A stretch of 64,000 nucleotides of DNA, from NCBI GenBank assembly GCA_965207735.1, contig OZ242296.1, forward strand, positions 2,464,001 through 2,528,000, written 5' to 3'. Position 1 is the first letter of the stretch. Each line of letters opens with the position of its first letter. Below, piece after piece: positions 1-9,557 of the stretch. The notes below the pieces were generated by a model. The model saw only the letters and a list, made by a program, of their open reading frames with translations, ran no database searches and was not told the origin of the DNA. This DNA is from Candidatus Versatilivorator sp. GTDB taxonomy: Bacteria > Acidobacteriota > Terriglobia > Versatilivoradales > Versatilivoraceae. Made by a program: the position numbers and the translations under genes.

Positions 1-1673
1 GCAACCACCTCCCCACTCGGAACAACCTGATCAACCTGCTCCGGGAGTTGTCGGCCCTGGGCGGGGAGCGCCTGCTGACCCGGATCGTGGAGACCGAAAA
101 GTATACGCCGGAGGCTCGCGAAGCCCAGGAGCGTTTCGACATCCGCCCCCGCCAGGTCCCGGCGTCCCGTCAGAGCACGGGAACTCCCGAGGAGATCTTC
201 CTGGGCATCGCCTTCAACTGCGGCGCCGAGGAATTCGTCATCCCCTTCCTGGATCCCGGACTGCCGGTAGAGTACGAGCTCATGCGCTCGATTCGGGTGG
301 TCTCGCGGGCGGAACGCAGAAGGGTGGGAGTCCTGGAGACGGGAGCCGGACTTTTCGGTGGATTCGACTTCCAGTCCCGCCAGCACTCGACCGACTGGGC
401 CATTGTGGCCGAGCTGCGCAAGCAGTACCAGGTGGAAAGGGTGCAGCCCGGCCAGAACTACCCGAAGAATCTGGACGCCTTGATGGTGGTGTTGCCCAAC
501 ACCCTGGAACAGGACCAGGTGGACCGGCTCACGGACTACGTCAAGGAGGGAAATCCGACCCTGATCCTGGTGGATCCCCTGCCGGCATTCAATCCCGAGC
601 TCTCGGCGCAGCCGATGCCTCAAGGCCCCTTTCGCCAGGGCCCGCCGCCCAGGAAGCCGGCCGACCTCCAGCCGCTGATGGAGGTGCTGGGAGTGGACTG
701 GGACCCGGGCCGCATTGCCTGGGACAAGTACAATCCCCATCCACAGTTCCGCTCCCTGCCTCCGGAAGTCATCTTTCTGGGCTCCGGGAGCGGCGAGAGT
801 CCTCCCTTCAATTCGGACGAGGCCATCACCTCCGGACTTCAGGAGCTGGTAGCCATCTATCCGGGGTCGATCAAGCTCGCGGCCGGCAGTCGCACGACGC
901 TGACCCCTCTGCTTCAAACCGGAGCCGATTCCGGCCTGACGGACTGGAATCGGCTGGTGCAACGCTCGCTGTTCGGATTGCAGTTGGCCGGCAATCTCCC
1001 CCACGAACCCGATCCCGAACGCTACACACTGGCGGCCCGCCTGACCGGCATAGGGCCGGATCATCCGGTCCGGGCCATCCTGATCACCGACGTCGACCTG
1101 ATGGGGGAGCAGTTCTTTTCCATCAGGCGCCAAGGCATTGAAACTCTGCAGTTCGACAACGTGACCTTCCTGCTGAACGCCGTGGACCAGCTGGTTGGCG
1201 ACGAGTCCTTCATCGCCCTGCGCAAGCGCCGGCGGCGGCATCGCACCCTGGAGGCCGTGGAATCCCGAACCAAGGTCTACGAGGAGCGGCGCCTGGACGA
1301 CACCCGGCAGGCCGAAACCACGGCCGCCCAGCGTCTGCAGGAAGCCCAGGCGCGGCTGGATCGGTCGGTAGAAGCACTGCGCCAGCGCCGGGACCTGGAC
1401 GAACAGACCAAGCGCATCATGATCTCCAACCAGGAAAAGGCCGAGAATCGGCGCCTGGCCGTGGCCCGCACCAACATCGAAGAGGAAAAACAGCGACTGA
1501 TCGGCAAGAGCCGCGCCGACATGGAATCTTCAATCCGGGACATCCAGAACGCCATCAAGTTCCTGGCGGCGGCCCTGCCGCCGGTTCCCGCCTTTGCGCT
1601 CTTCCTGGTGGTGTCGGTGCGCAGGCTGCGCCGGGAAAAGATCGGCGTGGCGGCCGACCGCCTGGTGGAATAG
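1..1673 (+). CDS. GldG-family ABC-type uncharacterized transport system auxiliary component (5' end outside window)
   Basis: Frame is open from position 3. Shows the 'EYELMRSI', 'ELRKQYQV' and 'FLLNAVDQLVGDESFIALR' motifs, a C-terminal coiled coil and a TM helix. Followed by a DUF4340 gene, the usual neighbour. Confidence 0.8.
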   Translation, partial: NHLPTRNNLINLLRELSALGGERLLTRIVETEKYTPEAREAQERFDIRPRQVPASRQSTGTPEEIFLGIAFNCGAEEFVIPFLDPGLPVEYELMRSIRVVSRAERRRVGVLETGAGLFGGFDFQSRQHSTDWAIVAELRKQYQVERVQPGQNYPKNLDALMVVLPNTLEQDQVDRLTDYVKEGNPTLILVDPLPAFNPELSAQPMPQGPFRQGPPPRKPADLQPLMEVLGVDWDPGRIAWDKYNPHPQFRSLPPEVIFLGSGSGESPPFNSDEAITSGLQELVAIYPGSIKLAAGSRTTLTPLLQTGADSGLTDWNRLVQRSLFGLQLAGNLPHEPDPERYTLAARLTGIGPDHPVRAILITDVDLMGEQFFSIRRQGIETLQFDNVTFLLNAVDQLVGDESFIALRKRRRRHRTLEAVESRTKVYEERRLDDTRQAETTAAQRLQEAQARLDRSVEALRQRRDLDEQTKRIMISNQEKAENRRLAVARTNIEEEKQRLIGKSRADMESSIRDIQNAIKFLAAALPPVPAFALFLVVSVRRLRREKIGVAADRLVE

Positions 1674-1724
1674 GCAAGGTCCAATGAGAAACTATTGCAA
1701 ACCCTCCCCCGAGGTAAGCCGGAC

Positions 1725-2984
1725 ATGAGCGAATGGTTGAGAACGGCGATTCTCTGCCTGGCTGCCCTGGCCGTTTCCACGGCGGCGGTACTGGTCGATC
1801 CCGGCAGAAGAACCCCCGGGATCTTCGACGATCAGGGAGAGCCCTTCTTCCCGGGATTTGACGACCCTCAGGCCCCCAAGACCATCGAGGTCATCGACTA
1901 CGACGCGGCCACCGCCACCGCCAGCCCCTTGAAGGTGGAGTTCAAGGACAACCGGTGGGGCATCCCCTCTCACCACGACTATCCGGCCGATGCCGAAAAC
2001 CGCCTGGCCGATACCGCGGCGGCGCTCATGGCCCTCAGAAAGGACATCGTGGTATCCGACCGCATCGAGGACCACGGCCGTTACGGGGTTGTCGACCCAC
2101 TCGACGACCGCACCGCCAGCCTGACCGGCCGCGGAAAACGAGTGACGCTCAAGGGCGAAAACGATCAGGTCCTGGCCGACTTCGTGATCGGCAAGCCGGC
2201 AGAGGGCAAGTCCGGTTACCGCTACATGCGGGTCCCCGCCCAGCGACGGATCTACTCGGTCAAGACCGACGCCCGGGTGTCTTCCAGGTTCGAAGATTGG
2301 ATCGAGACGGATCTGTTGAAGCTGGAGGCCGGGGACATCCGAAAGATCACCATCAACAGCTACTCCATCAACGAACGGCTGGGGAGGCTGGAGAATTCCG
2401 AGCGAACGATTCTCACCAAACGGAAGGACCGCTGGCTGCTGGGCCGCCGCAGGCTGCGGGGGAAGAAGATCGACGCCCTGACCGACGCGCTCGACAATCT
2501 GCGCATCGTCGATGTCCAACCCAAGCCCGAGAATCTGACCCGAGACCTCAAGACCCCCGAAGGCATCCGGCTGTCCATGGAGTCGGTCGTGTCACTGCGC
2601 CGGAAAGGCTTTTTCATCACTCCTTTGGGCCAGCTCCTTTCCAATGAAGGGGAGATCCTGGTGGAAACGGCCAACGGGATCCAATACACGCTGCGCTTCG
2701 GGGAGGTGGCGCCCGCAGGGACGGGTACTCTTGCAGCCCCCTCCGAGCAGGAAGGAGAGCAGGCATCCGAAACCAAGGGGACGGAGGAGCGCCGCTATCT
2801 GTTCATCACCGTCGACTACAGCGCCGCCCGGGCCCGAAAGTACGCCGACGGGAAAACTCCGGGCGAGGAGGGCCGGACCCTGGAGCGCGAGCTGCGCCAT
2901 CGCTTCGCCGACTGGTATTACATCATCTCGGGTGCGGATTTCGGCAATCTGCGACCCAGCCGGCGAGAACTCACCCGCGGCTAG
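1725..2984 (+). CDS. DUF4340 domain-containing protein
   Basis: N-terminal hydrophobic anchor; 'W.I.SHHDYPAD', 'YGVVDP' and 'IGK...YMR' pattern; lies downstream of the GldG-like gene. Confidence 0.75.
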   Translation: MSEWLRTAILCLAALAVSTAAVLVDPGRRTPGIFDDQGEPFFPGFDDPQAPKTIEVIDYDAATATASPLKVEFKDNRWGIPSHHDYPADAENRLADTAAALMALRKDIVVSDRIEDHGRYGVVDPLDDRTASLTGRGKRVTLKGENDQVLADFVIGKPAEGKSGYRYMRVPAQRRIYSVKTDARVSSRFEDWIETDLLKLEAGDIRKITINSYSINERLGRLENSERTILTKRKDRWLLGRRRLRGKKIDALTDALDNLRIVDVQPKPENLTRDLKTPEGIRLSMESVVSLRRKGFFITPLGQLLSNEGEILVETANGIQYTLRFGEVAPAGTGTLAAPSEQEGEQASETKGTEERRYLFITVDYSAARARKYADGKTPGEEGRTLERELRHRFADWYYIISGADFGNLRPSRRELTRG

Positions 2985-3078
2985 CCGTTCCGATGGGCTT
3001 CGGCAGGGTCGATCCGGCTGGATCCCTGGCGCCGAAATGGGCTAGACTCTAGCGATTTCGGCTGATGCGGCCAACGTA

Positions 3079-3420
3079 ATGAGTCAAAAAAAGCAGGTCT
3101 ACAAGATTACCTTTCTGAACGAAGGCAAGGTCTACGAGATCTACGCCAAGCGGGTGAGCCAGGGCGGACTGTTCGGCTTCGTCGAAGTGGAGCAGTTGCT
3201 ATTCGGTCAGAAAACCTCGGTGGTGGTCGACCCCTCCGAAGAAACGCTACGCACAGCATTCGAGGGAGTGCGGCGGACCTACATTCCTCTCCACTCGGTG
3301 ATCCGCATCGACGAAGTGGAAAAGAAAGGAACCGGCAAGATTCACGACCTGTCTGACAGGGACGGGAAGATTCACCAGTTGCCCACCGCCATCTATACGC
3401 CGGTGAAGAAGGATTCCTGA
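3079..3420 (+). CDS. DUF1820 family protein
   Basis: 'YKITFLNEGKVYEIYAK...LFGFVEVE...VVVDPSEE.L...F.GV.RTYIP.HSVIRIDEV' matches the family as I recall it. Confidence 0.8.
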   Translation: MSQKKQVYKITFLNEGKVYEIYAKRVSQGGLFGFVEVEQLLFGQKTSVVVDPSEETLRTAFEGVRRTYIPLHSVIRIDEVEKKGTGKIHDLSDRDGKIHQLPTAIYTPVKKDS

Positions 3421-3469
3421 GCATCATCCCCGAGACGCCAGCTTGGCCCTTATGCGGCTTGGGAGTCTG

Positions 3470-3900
3470 CCCCCCACCGCATCAGCCTTCGCCATTCGGC
3501 GCTGCCGTTCGGAGACGCCGCGTCTGCCCCCCTCCGCATCAGCCTTCGCCATTCGGCTCGGCTTCTGCGACTCCCCCTAAAGGGGGGAGTGATATCGTGT
3601 TATGCAGAGGGAATGGAGTTTATACATTAGACCGGGAACATGGTTTACATCCTGCCCAGCAATCGGGCAAGAAGCCATGTGCAGGCCTCAAGTATCACTC
3701 CCCCCTTGAGGGGGAGTCGGAGAGACAAGGGCGCAGCCCGCAGTCGATCCGGAGGGGGGCCAACGCGGCGTCCCGTGCGTGACTACCAAAGGGCGCAGCC
3801 CGCAGTCGATCCGGAGGGGGGCAGACGCGGCGTCCCGTGCGTGACTACCAAAAGGCGTAGCCCGCGGTCGATCCGGAGGGGGGCCAACGCGGCGTCCCGA
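3470..3900. repeat. REP-like composite repeat cluster (~230-bp unit with two CTCCCCCT..GGGGGAG palindromes, plus partial GATCCGGAGGGGGGC tandem copies)
   Basis: 3525-3760 is the reverse complement of 53297-53532 and 53716-53951. Confidence 0.85.
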
Positions 3901-4028
3901 AGCCCATTCCACCGGCGTTTGGCGAATCTTCTTTTCCGGTCATTTTCGAGACGACATTGGTTGACAGGCTCCGACCGGGTGAGATAGATTTAGAGTGCAT
4001 TTGTACATCTAATTGAGGAGCATTGTCG

Positions 4029-6866
4029 ATGAAATGGCGAGTGATTGCGGTATTGTTGGGATCGATTTCCGCTATTCTGGCCGGGAGCCATCTCCTGGGA
4101 GAGTCCCCGGTCGACTTTGAGAGGGACGTCCAGCCCCTTCTGCAGGAAAAGTGCCTCTCCTGTCACACTGCCGCCGCGCCCCAGAGCGCCCTGGTCATGG
4201 AATCGATCGAGGCCATGCTCGAGGGGGGCGAGAAAGCGGGGCCCTCGATCCTGGCCGGAGACAGCGCCGGCAGCCCCCTGGTCCGGCACTTGAGGGGAGA
4301 ACTCGAGCCCCGGATGCCGGTCGGAGGCGACCCGCTTCCGGAAGCCCAGATCGCCTTGATCGCCAGGTGGATCGACCAGATGGCTCCTCCGGCAGCCCCG
4401 GACGGAGCCGCCCAGGCCGCTTCCTCCCATGATTTCGAGGCCCAAGTCAGACCTCTGCTGGAGCAGAACTGCCTCGCTTGCCACAGCTCCCAGACCCACC
4501 AGAGCGGGTTGGTGGTGGAGACGGAGACGGCCCTTCTGAAGGGAGGCGCCATCCAGGGACCGGCCATCGTTGCCGGCAACAGCCAGGAGAGTCCTCTGAT
4601 CCAGCGCCTGCGAGGCACCCGAGCCCCTCGGATGCCCATGAACGGTCAGCCTCTTTCCGAGGAGCAGATCGAACGCATCGCCCACTGGATCGATCAGTTG
4701 GACCCTGCCCTGGCGTCCCAGACCGCGGAGGATTCCGGCAAGCCGGGTTGGCCCTGGACCCCCGTCGCCCAACCCGAGGTTCCCTCGGTCAAGAACCAGG
4801 AATGGGTGAGAAACCCGGTCGATGCCTTCGTGCTGGCCAAGCTGGAAAAACAGCAGTTGGAACCGGCCGCGCCGGTTTCTCCCCGCGGATTGCTGCGGCG
4901 CCTTTATTTCAGCCTGATCGGTCTTCCTCCCACCCCGGAAGAAATGGGGCGGTTCCTGGCCGATCCTTCTCCGGAGGCCTACAGGCTGGAGGTGGAAAGA
5001 CTGCTGGCCGATTCCCGCTACGGGGAACACTGGGGCCGGCACTGGCTCGACCTGGCCCGCTATTCCGACACCCGCGGCGGCGCCATCGACGACCCTCAAA
5101 CTCACCTGTGGCGGTATCGGGATTACGTCATTCGAGCTTTCAACCAGGATCGCCCCTACGACCGCTTCATCAAGGAGCAACTGGCGGGAGACGCCTTCAG
5201 GACCTATGGGGACGAGGGGAAGCTGGGACTGGGCTTTCTGGGTTTATGGGTCAAGGTTGAAGCCAATGGGCAACAGGGGCGGCGAAACTACATCACAGAC
5301 GTAGTCAACACCACCAGCTCGGTCTTCATGGGCCTGACCCTGGGATGCGCCCAATGCCATGACCACAAGTACGACCCGCTTCCTCAAGCGGATTACTTCC
5401 GGATCGAAGCCTTCTTCTCGCCGGTGAATTTCGACAAGCAGGATCTGGCCTTCCACCAGTACGAGATGCCGCTGCAGGACCCGGAGCGATGGGAAACCCG
5501 CAAGAAGGCCTGGAAGGAGCACCTCGAAAAGATCAAGAAGAACGCCGAGGCCTTCAGCAAGGAGCTGTCCCAAAGGGAAATCGAGCACCAGTTGCTGGTC
5601 GCCCCCCAGGACCTCAAGGACTGGGCCCACGCCGACCAGAAGATGATCCCCTTCCCCAAGGACACCCTGCGCACCGCGGAAGAGAAGGAACGGTCCCGCA
5701 AGATCTCCCTCATGACCGGCCGCTTCGCCAACCCCAACGTGGACGGTTACTACGACCCCAAGGCCTATGTGGTGAGAGACTCTCCCCTCCAGCACAACAT
5801 CGCCACCTACGTCCTGACCGGGGGCAACTGGAGACTGCGGGCCGATCAGGTCAAGCCCGGTTTCCTGAGCGCCATTACGGGGAACTCCGACCCGGTCGAC
5901 ATGGACGGCCTGGTGGGCAGCCGCCGGCAACTGCTGGCCAAGTGGATTGCCAACCGGGAAAATCCCCTGACGGCCCGGGTGATGGTCAACCGCATCTGGC
6001 AGTATCACTTCGGCAACGGCCTGGTGGCCACCCCCAGCGATTTCGGCTCCAACGGCAGCGGAACCGTCCATCAGGATCTGATCGACTGGCTGGCCTGGGA
6101 GTTCATGGAGAGCGGATGGAGCATCAAGGAAATCCACCGGCTGATCCTTGACTCCAACGTATATGCCCTATCGATGACCCATCCCCGGTCCGAGGAATAC
6201 GAGAAGGTGGATCCCGGCAACCGCTACTTCTGGGTCCGCGACCCGGTCCGCATCCCGGCGGAATCGCTGCGCGACACCATCCTGGCGGTCAGCGGCAAAA
6301 TGAATCCGTCCATGGGCGGACCGCCCTTCTTTCCAGAGGAAAACCTGGAGCAGATGGCCCGGGCGGGAACCTGGTGGATACCCTCCAGCCCGGAGGAGGT
6401 CAACCGGCGCACCCTCTACACGATCCAGAGCCGCTCCTATCCGATTCCGTTGATCAAGGTCTTCGACGGACCCAACCTGGACGAGAGCTGTGTCGACCGG
6501 GGGAATACCACGGTGACGCCCCAGGTCTTTTCGCTCTTCAACGGCAAATTCCCCCACCGGCAGAGCCGGGCCATGGCGGAGCGTATCCGGTCCGAGGTGG
6601 GACCCGACCCGCTCAAGCAGGTGGTCAGGGCCTTTCAACTGGCTTTCCAGCGCGATCCGTCACCAATGGAAAAGACCCGGAGCCTGGCCTTTCTGGGAGA
6701 ATCCGGCGGGGCGCCTGAGCACCGGGAGCGCCTCTCATTGAAACAGGTCTCTCTGGTGCAGAATCATGAGTCCGAACATGGAGGCATGGGTCAGGGAGAG
6801 ACGGGATCGCTTGCGGATCTCTGTCTCATTCTCATCAACTTGAACGAGTTTGTTTACCTGGAGTAG
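4029..6866 (+). CDS. PSD1/planctomycete cytochrome c protein (2x PSCyt1 + DUF1549 + DUF1553)
   Basis: Signal peptide; haem motifs CLSCH, CLACH and CAQCH; 'YGEHWGRHWLDLARYSD' and 'NPLTARVMVNRIWQYHFG'. Confidence 0.9.
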   Translation: MKWRVIAVLLGSISAILAGSHLLGESPVDFERDVQPLLQEKCLSCHTAAAPQSALVMESIEAMLEGGEKAGPSILAGDSAGSPLVRHLRGELEPRMPVGGDPLPEAQIALIARWIDQMAPPAAPDGAAQAASSHDFEAQVRPLLEQNCLACHSSQTHQSGLVVETETALLKGGAIQGPAIVAGNSQESPLIQRLRGTRAPRMPMNGQPLSEEQIERIAHWIDQLDPALASQTAEDSGKPGWPWTPVAQPEVPSVKNQEWVRNPVDAFVLAKLEKQQLEPAAPVSPRGLLRRLYFSLIGLPPTPEEMGRFLADPSPEAYRLEVERLLADSRYGEHWGRHWLDLARYSDTRGGAIDDPQTHLWRYRDYVIRAFNQDRPYDRFIKEQLAGDAFRTYGDEGKLGLGFLGLWVKVEANGQQGRRNYITDVVNTTSSVFMGLTLGCAQCHDHKYDPLPQADYFRIEAFFSPVNFDKQDLAFHQYEMPLQDPERWETRKKAWKEHLEKIKKNAEAFSKELSQREIEHQLLVAPQDLKDWAHADQKMIPFPKDTLRTAEEKERSRKISLMTGRFANPNVDGYYDPKAYVVRDSPLQHNIATYVLTGGNWRLRADQVKPGFLSAITGNSDPVDMDGLVGSRRQLLAKWIANRENPLTARVMVNRIWQYHFGNGLVATPSDFGSNGSGTVHQDLIDWLAWEFMESGWSIKEIHRLILDSNVYALSMTHPRSEEYEKVDPGNRYFWVRDPVRIPAESLRDTILAVSGKMNPSMGGPPFFPEENLEQMARAGTWWIPSSPEEVNRRTLYTIQSRSYPIPLIKVFDGPNLDESCVDRGNTTVTPQVFSLFNGKFPHRQSRAMAERIRSEVGPDPLKQVVRAFQLAFQRDPSPMEKTRSLAFLGESGGAPEHRERLSLKQVSLVQNHESEHGGMGQGETGSLADLCLILINLNEFVYLE

Positions 6867-6935
6867 GCGGCGGCGGACGCGGGAGTCCCCCTTCATCCAA
6901 CTTCGGAAGGAAGATTAAAAGGAGTAACGGTCATC

Positions 6936-8390
6936 ATGCGCAAGGGAGAGTTTGAATTCTGCGACCAGGTCGAGCGGCTCGATCCAAGGCTCGGCGAGAT
7001 GGGCCGGAGAGATTTTGTCTACCGGTTCGGCAAGGGACTGGGAAGCCTGGCCCTCACCTCGCTCCTCTACGGCGACGGTCGGCTGGCTGCCGCGGCCCGG
7101 GCCGAAAATCCCCTGCTCCCCAAGAAGCCTCACTTCACACCCAAGGCCAAGTCCTGCATTTTCATGTTCATGCAGGGAGCTCCCAGCCAGATGGACACCT
7201 TCGATCCCAAGCCCAAGTTGAACGAGCTCCACGGCAAGCCCATCCTTCGCAAGTACGGAAGCCTGGAAAAGCGGATGTACGTGGGCAGCCCCTTCAAGTT
7301 CAAGAGGCACGGGCAATCGGGAATCGAGATGTCCGACATGTTCACCGAACTTGGGACCTGCGCCGATGACATTGCGGTGGTGCGGGCCATGCACACCAGT
7401 TCGGAAGCCCATACCACGGCCACCTTTTTCATGAACACGGGCGTCACCATACCGGGCAGCCCCTCGGTGGGCGCCTGGACCATCTTCGGCCTGGGAACCG
7501 AGAATCAGAACCTGCCGGCCTTCGTGGTCCTGCCCGACACCCGGACCCGGATCTTCGGCGGTCCTATCAACTGGGCCAACGGCTACCTGCCTGCAGCCAC
7601 CCAGGGAACGCTGCTCAACTCGGAAGGGGACCCCATCGTCGACCTGAGTCCTCCGGCGGAAGTCACGACCCGGCGCCAGGAAAAGAATCTGGAGCTTTTG
7701 AACCAGCTCAATGCTCCCTACCTGGATGTCCATCCCAGGAATCCCAATCTCCTGGCCCGCATGAGGAACTACGAGCTGGCCTTCCGCATGCAGGCCGCGG
7801 TTCCCGAAAGCCTGGACCTCGGCAGCGAGCCCCGGAAGATTCGGGAAATGTACGGCCTCGACAACAAGATCAGCGAGCCCATGGCACGCAAGTGCCTGAT
7901 GGCTCGGCGCCTGGTGGAGCGCGGCGTGCGCTTCGTGCAGATTTACTGCAGCGGCTGGGATTCCCACGAGAACATCGCGGGAGAGCACAAGAAGCGGGGG
8001 ATGGAGACCGACAGGCCCATCGCCGCCCTGCTCAAGGACCTCAAGCAGCGGGGCCTGTTGGACCAGACCCTGGTGGTCTGGGGAGGTGAATTCGGAAGAA
8101 CCGCCGACAACACCATGGACTTCTTCCGCACCGGTCCCGGGCGCGACCACAACAAGAACGCCATGGTGATGTGGCTGGCCGGAGCCGGCATCAAGGGTGG
8201 GACTGTGGTCGGCGAGACCGATGAGCTGGGAATCAAGTGCGTCGAGGACGTCTACCACACCCATGACCTGCACGCCACCATGCTTGGGCTCATGGGTTTG
8301 GACGACATGCGCCTGACCTACTACCACTCCGGAAGATTCAAACGCCTCACCGACCTGGGCGGCAAGCAGATCAAGGAGATCCTGGCTTAA
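6936..8390 (+). CDS. DUF1501 family protein
   Basis: 'GAPSQMDTFDPKP', 'ARRLVERGVRFVQ', 'GWDSH', 'WGGEFGRT' and 'GRDH'; typical partner of DUF1553. Confidence 0.9.
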   Translation: MRKGEFEFCDQVERLDPRLGEMGRRDFVYRFGKGLGSLALTSLLYGDGRLAAAARAENPLLPKKPHFTPKAKSCIFMFMQGAPSQMDTFDPKPKLNELHGKPILRKYGSLEKRMYVGSPFKFKRHGQSGIEMSDMFTELGTCADDIAVVRAMHTSSEAHTTATFFMNTGVTIPGSPSVGAWTIFGLGTENQNLPAFVVLPDTRTRIFGGPINWANGYLPAATQGTLLNSEGDPIVDLSPPAEVTTRRQEKNLELLNQLNAPYLDVHPRNPNLLARMRNYELAFRMQAAVPESLDLGSEPRKIREMYGLDNKISEPMARKCLMARRLVERGVRFVQIYCSGWDSHENIAGEHKKRGMETDRPIAALLKDLKQRGLLDQTLVVWGGEFGRTADNTMDFFRTGPGRDHNKNAMVMWLAGAGIKGGTVVGETDELGIKCVEDVYHTHDLHATMLGLMGLDDMRLTYYHSGRFKRLTDLGGKQIKEILA

Positions 8391-8391
8391 C

Positions 8392-9531
8392 CTATCCCCA
8401 CTCCACCCGGAAGCGGCAGGCTCGGACGTGGGTGATGCCGTCCAGGGTGGCGTAATAGGTCATCAGCAGGCTGCCGTCGTCCAGGAGCACCAAGTCGGGC
8501 GTCCCGAAGGTGAAGCGGTCCAGGGCATCCCAAAGCCCTCCCGCATCAACGGCAGCTTCCTTCGCCGGGACCACCGGCTCTCCCACCATGCGGTTCGCGA
8601 CAGGATCCCACATCTGGATGGGACCCAACCCGGCCCAGGTCTCCCCGCCGTCCCGTGATCCCCATAGCCGGATACCTTCCGGCACCAGACGATAGTTGCT
8701 GGCCGCCACCACGGAGCCGTCGGGAAGCACGACCGGCGCTGTGACCTGGCCCACGAATCCGATGTCTTCTGGGGCCGTCCAGGTCTGTCCTCCGTCCGAG
8801 GACCAGGAGCGGCGGACCTCGATGGTCTCCTCGGTATCCTCACGGAAGGTCCAGATCAGCGCCAGGATCCGTCCGTCGGGCAGGATGTCGTAGCGGGCGT
8901 CGCAGAGGTTCAGCTCCCCCGAGTGATCGGCCGCCACAACGACGGAGGGATCGAAGGTCTGGCCGTGGTTCCGCGAGAAGATCATGGCCGACCCGTTGGG
9001 ACCGGTGGGAGCCAGCTTGTACTCCAGGGGTACACAGATCTTGCCGTCGGCCAGCGGGAAGGGACGGGAGGTGACTCCCGCCGTGGGCAAGGTAGGATGC
9101 GGAACCGGCCGGGGTTCCGACCAGCTTTGCCCCCCGTCGGCGCTTCGCGTCACCAGCAGCGGGTGCGGCAGAGCTCTCCCCTCCTGGCTGAACATGTAGA
9201 CGCCCGGCCTCAATCCCTCGATGGCTCCGAAAATCACCATCAAATGCCCATCGGCGGTCTGACACAGGCCAGGCGAGACCAACGTGGTGGGAGGGGTGCG
9301 CTTGAGTCCGTCAAACACCACCCGCGGAGCCGACCAGGTGTCGCCCAGATCCTCGGAGGTCTGCATGACCAACAGGCTGTCGACGCTGTGCTTGCTCGAT
9401 CCCTGCCGGTAGGCGCAGCAGACGGACCCGTCCTTGAGGCGCATGGAGAGCGGATAAGCGCAGGCGCTGTTGCTGTCGCCCGCAGCCAGGTTAGACGAAA
9501 CCGCTTGATCGGATAGAATGGTGACCTTCAT
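8392..9531 (-). CDS. Sialidase-like BNR/Asp-box beta-propeller protein
   Basis: Multiple Asp boxes: SEDLGDTW, SADGGQSW, SSDGGQTW, SRDGGETW. Confidence 0.8.
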   Translation of the reverse strand: MKVTILSDQAVSSNLAAGDSNSACAYPLSMRLKDGSVCCAYRQGSSKHSVDSLLVMQTSEDLGDTWSAPRVVFDGLKRTPPTTLVSPGLCQTADGHLMVIFGAIEGLRPGVYMFSQEGRALPHPLLVTRSADGGQSWSEPRPVPHPTLPTAGVTSRPFPLADGKICVPLEYKLAPTGPNGSAMIFSRNHGQTFDPSVVVAADHSGELNLCDARYDILPDGRILALIWTFREDTEETIEVRRSWSSDGGQTWTAPEDIGFVGQVTAPVVLPDGSVVAASNYRLVPEGIRLWGSRDGGETWAGLGPIQMWDPVANRMVGEPVVPAKEAAVDAGGLWDALDRFTFGTPDLVLLDDGSLLMTYYATLDGITHVRACRFRVEWG

Positions 9532-9557
9532 GGATAAAACCTCCTGGTTTGACCGGT

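Noticed and set aside
3459-3987. Small ORFs in repeat clusters (also 53189-53836)
   Set aside because: They lie wholly within palindromic repeats; spurious.
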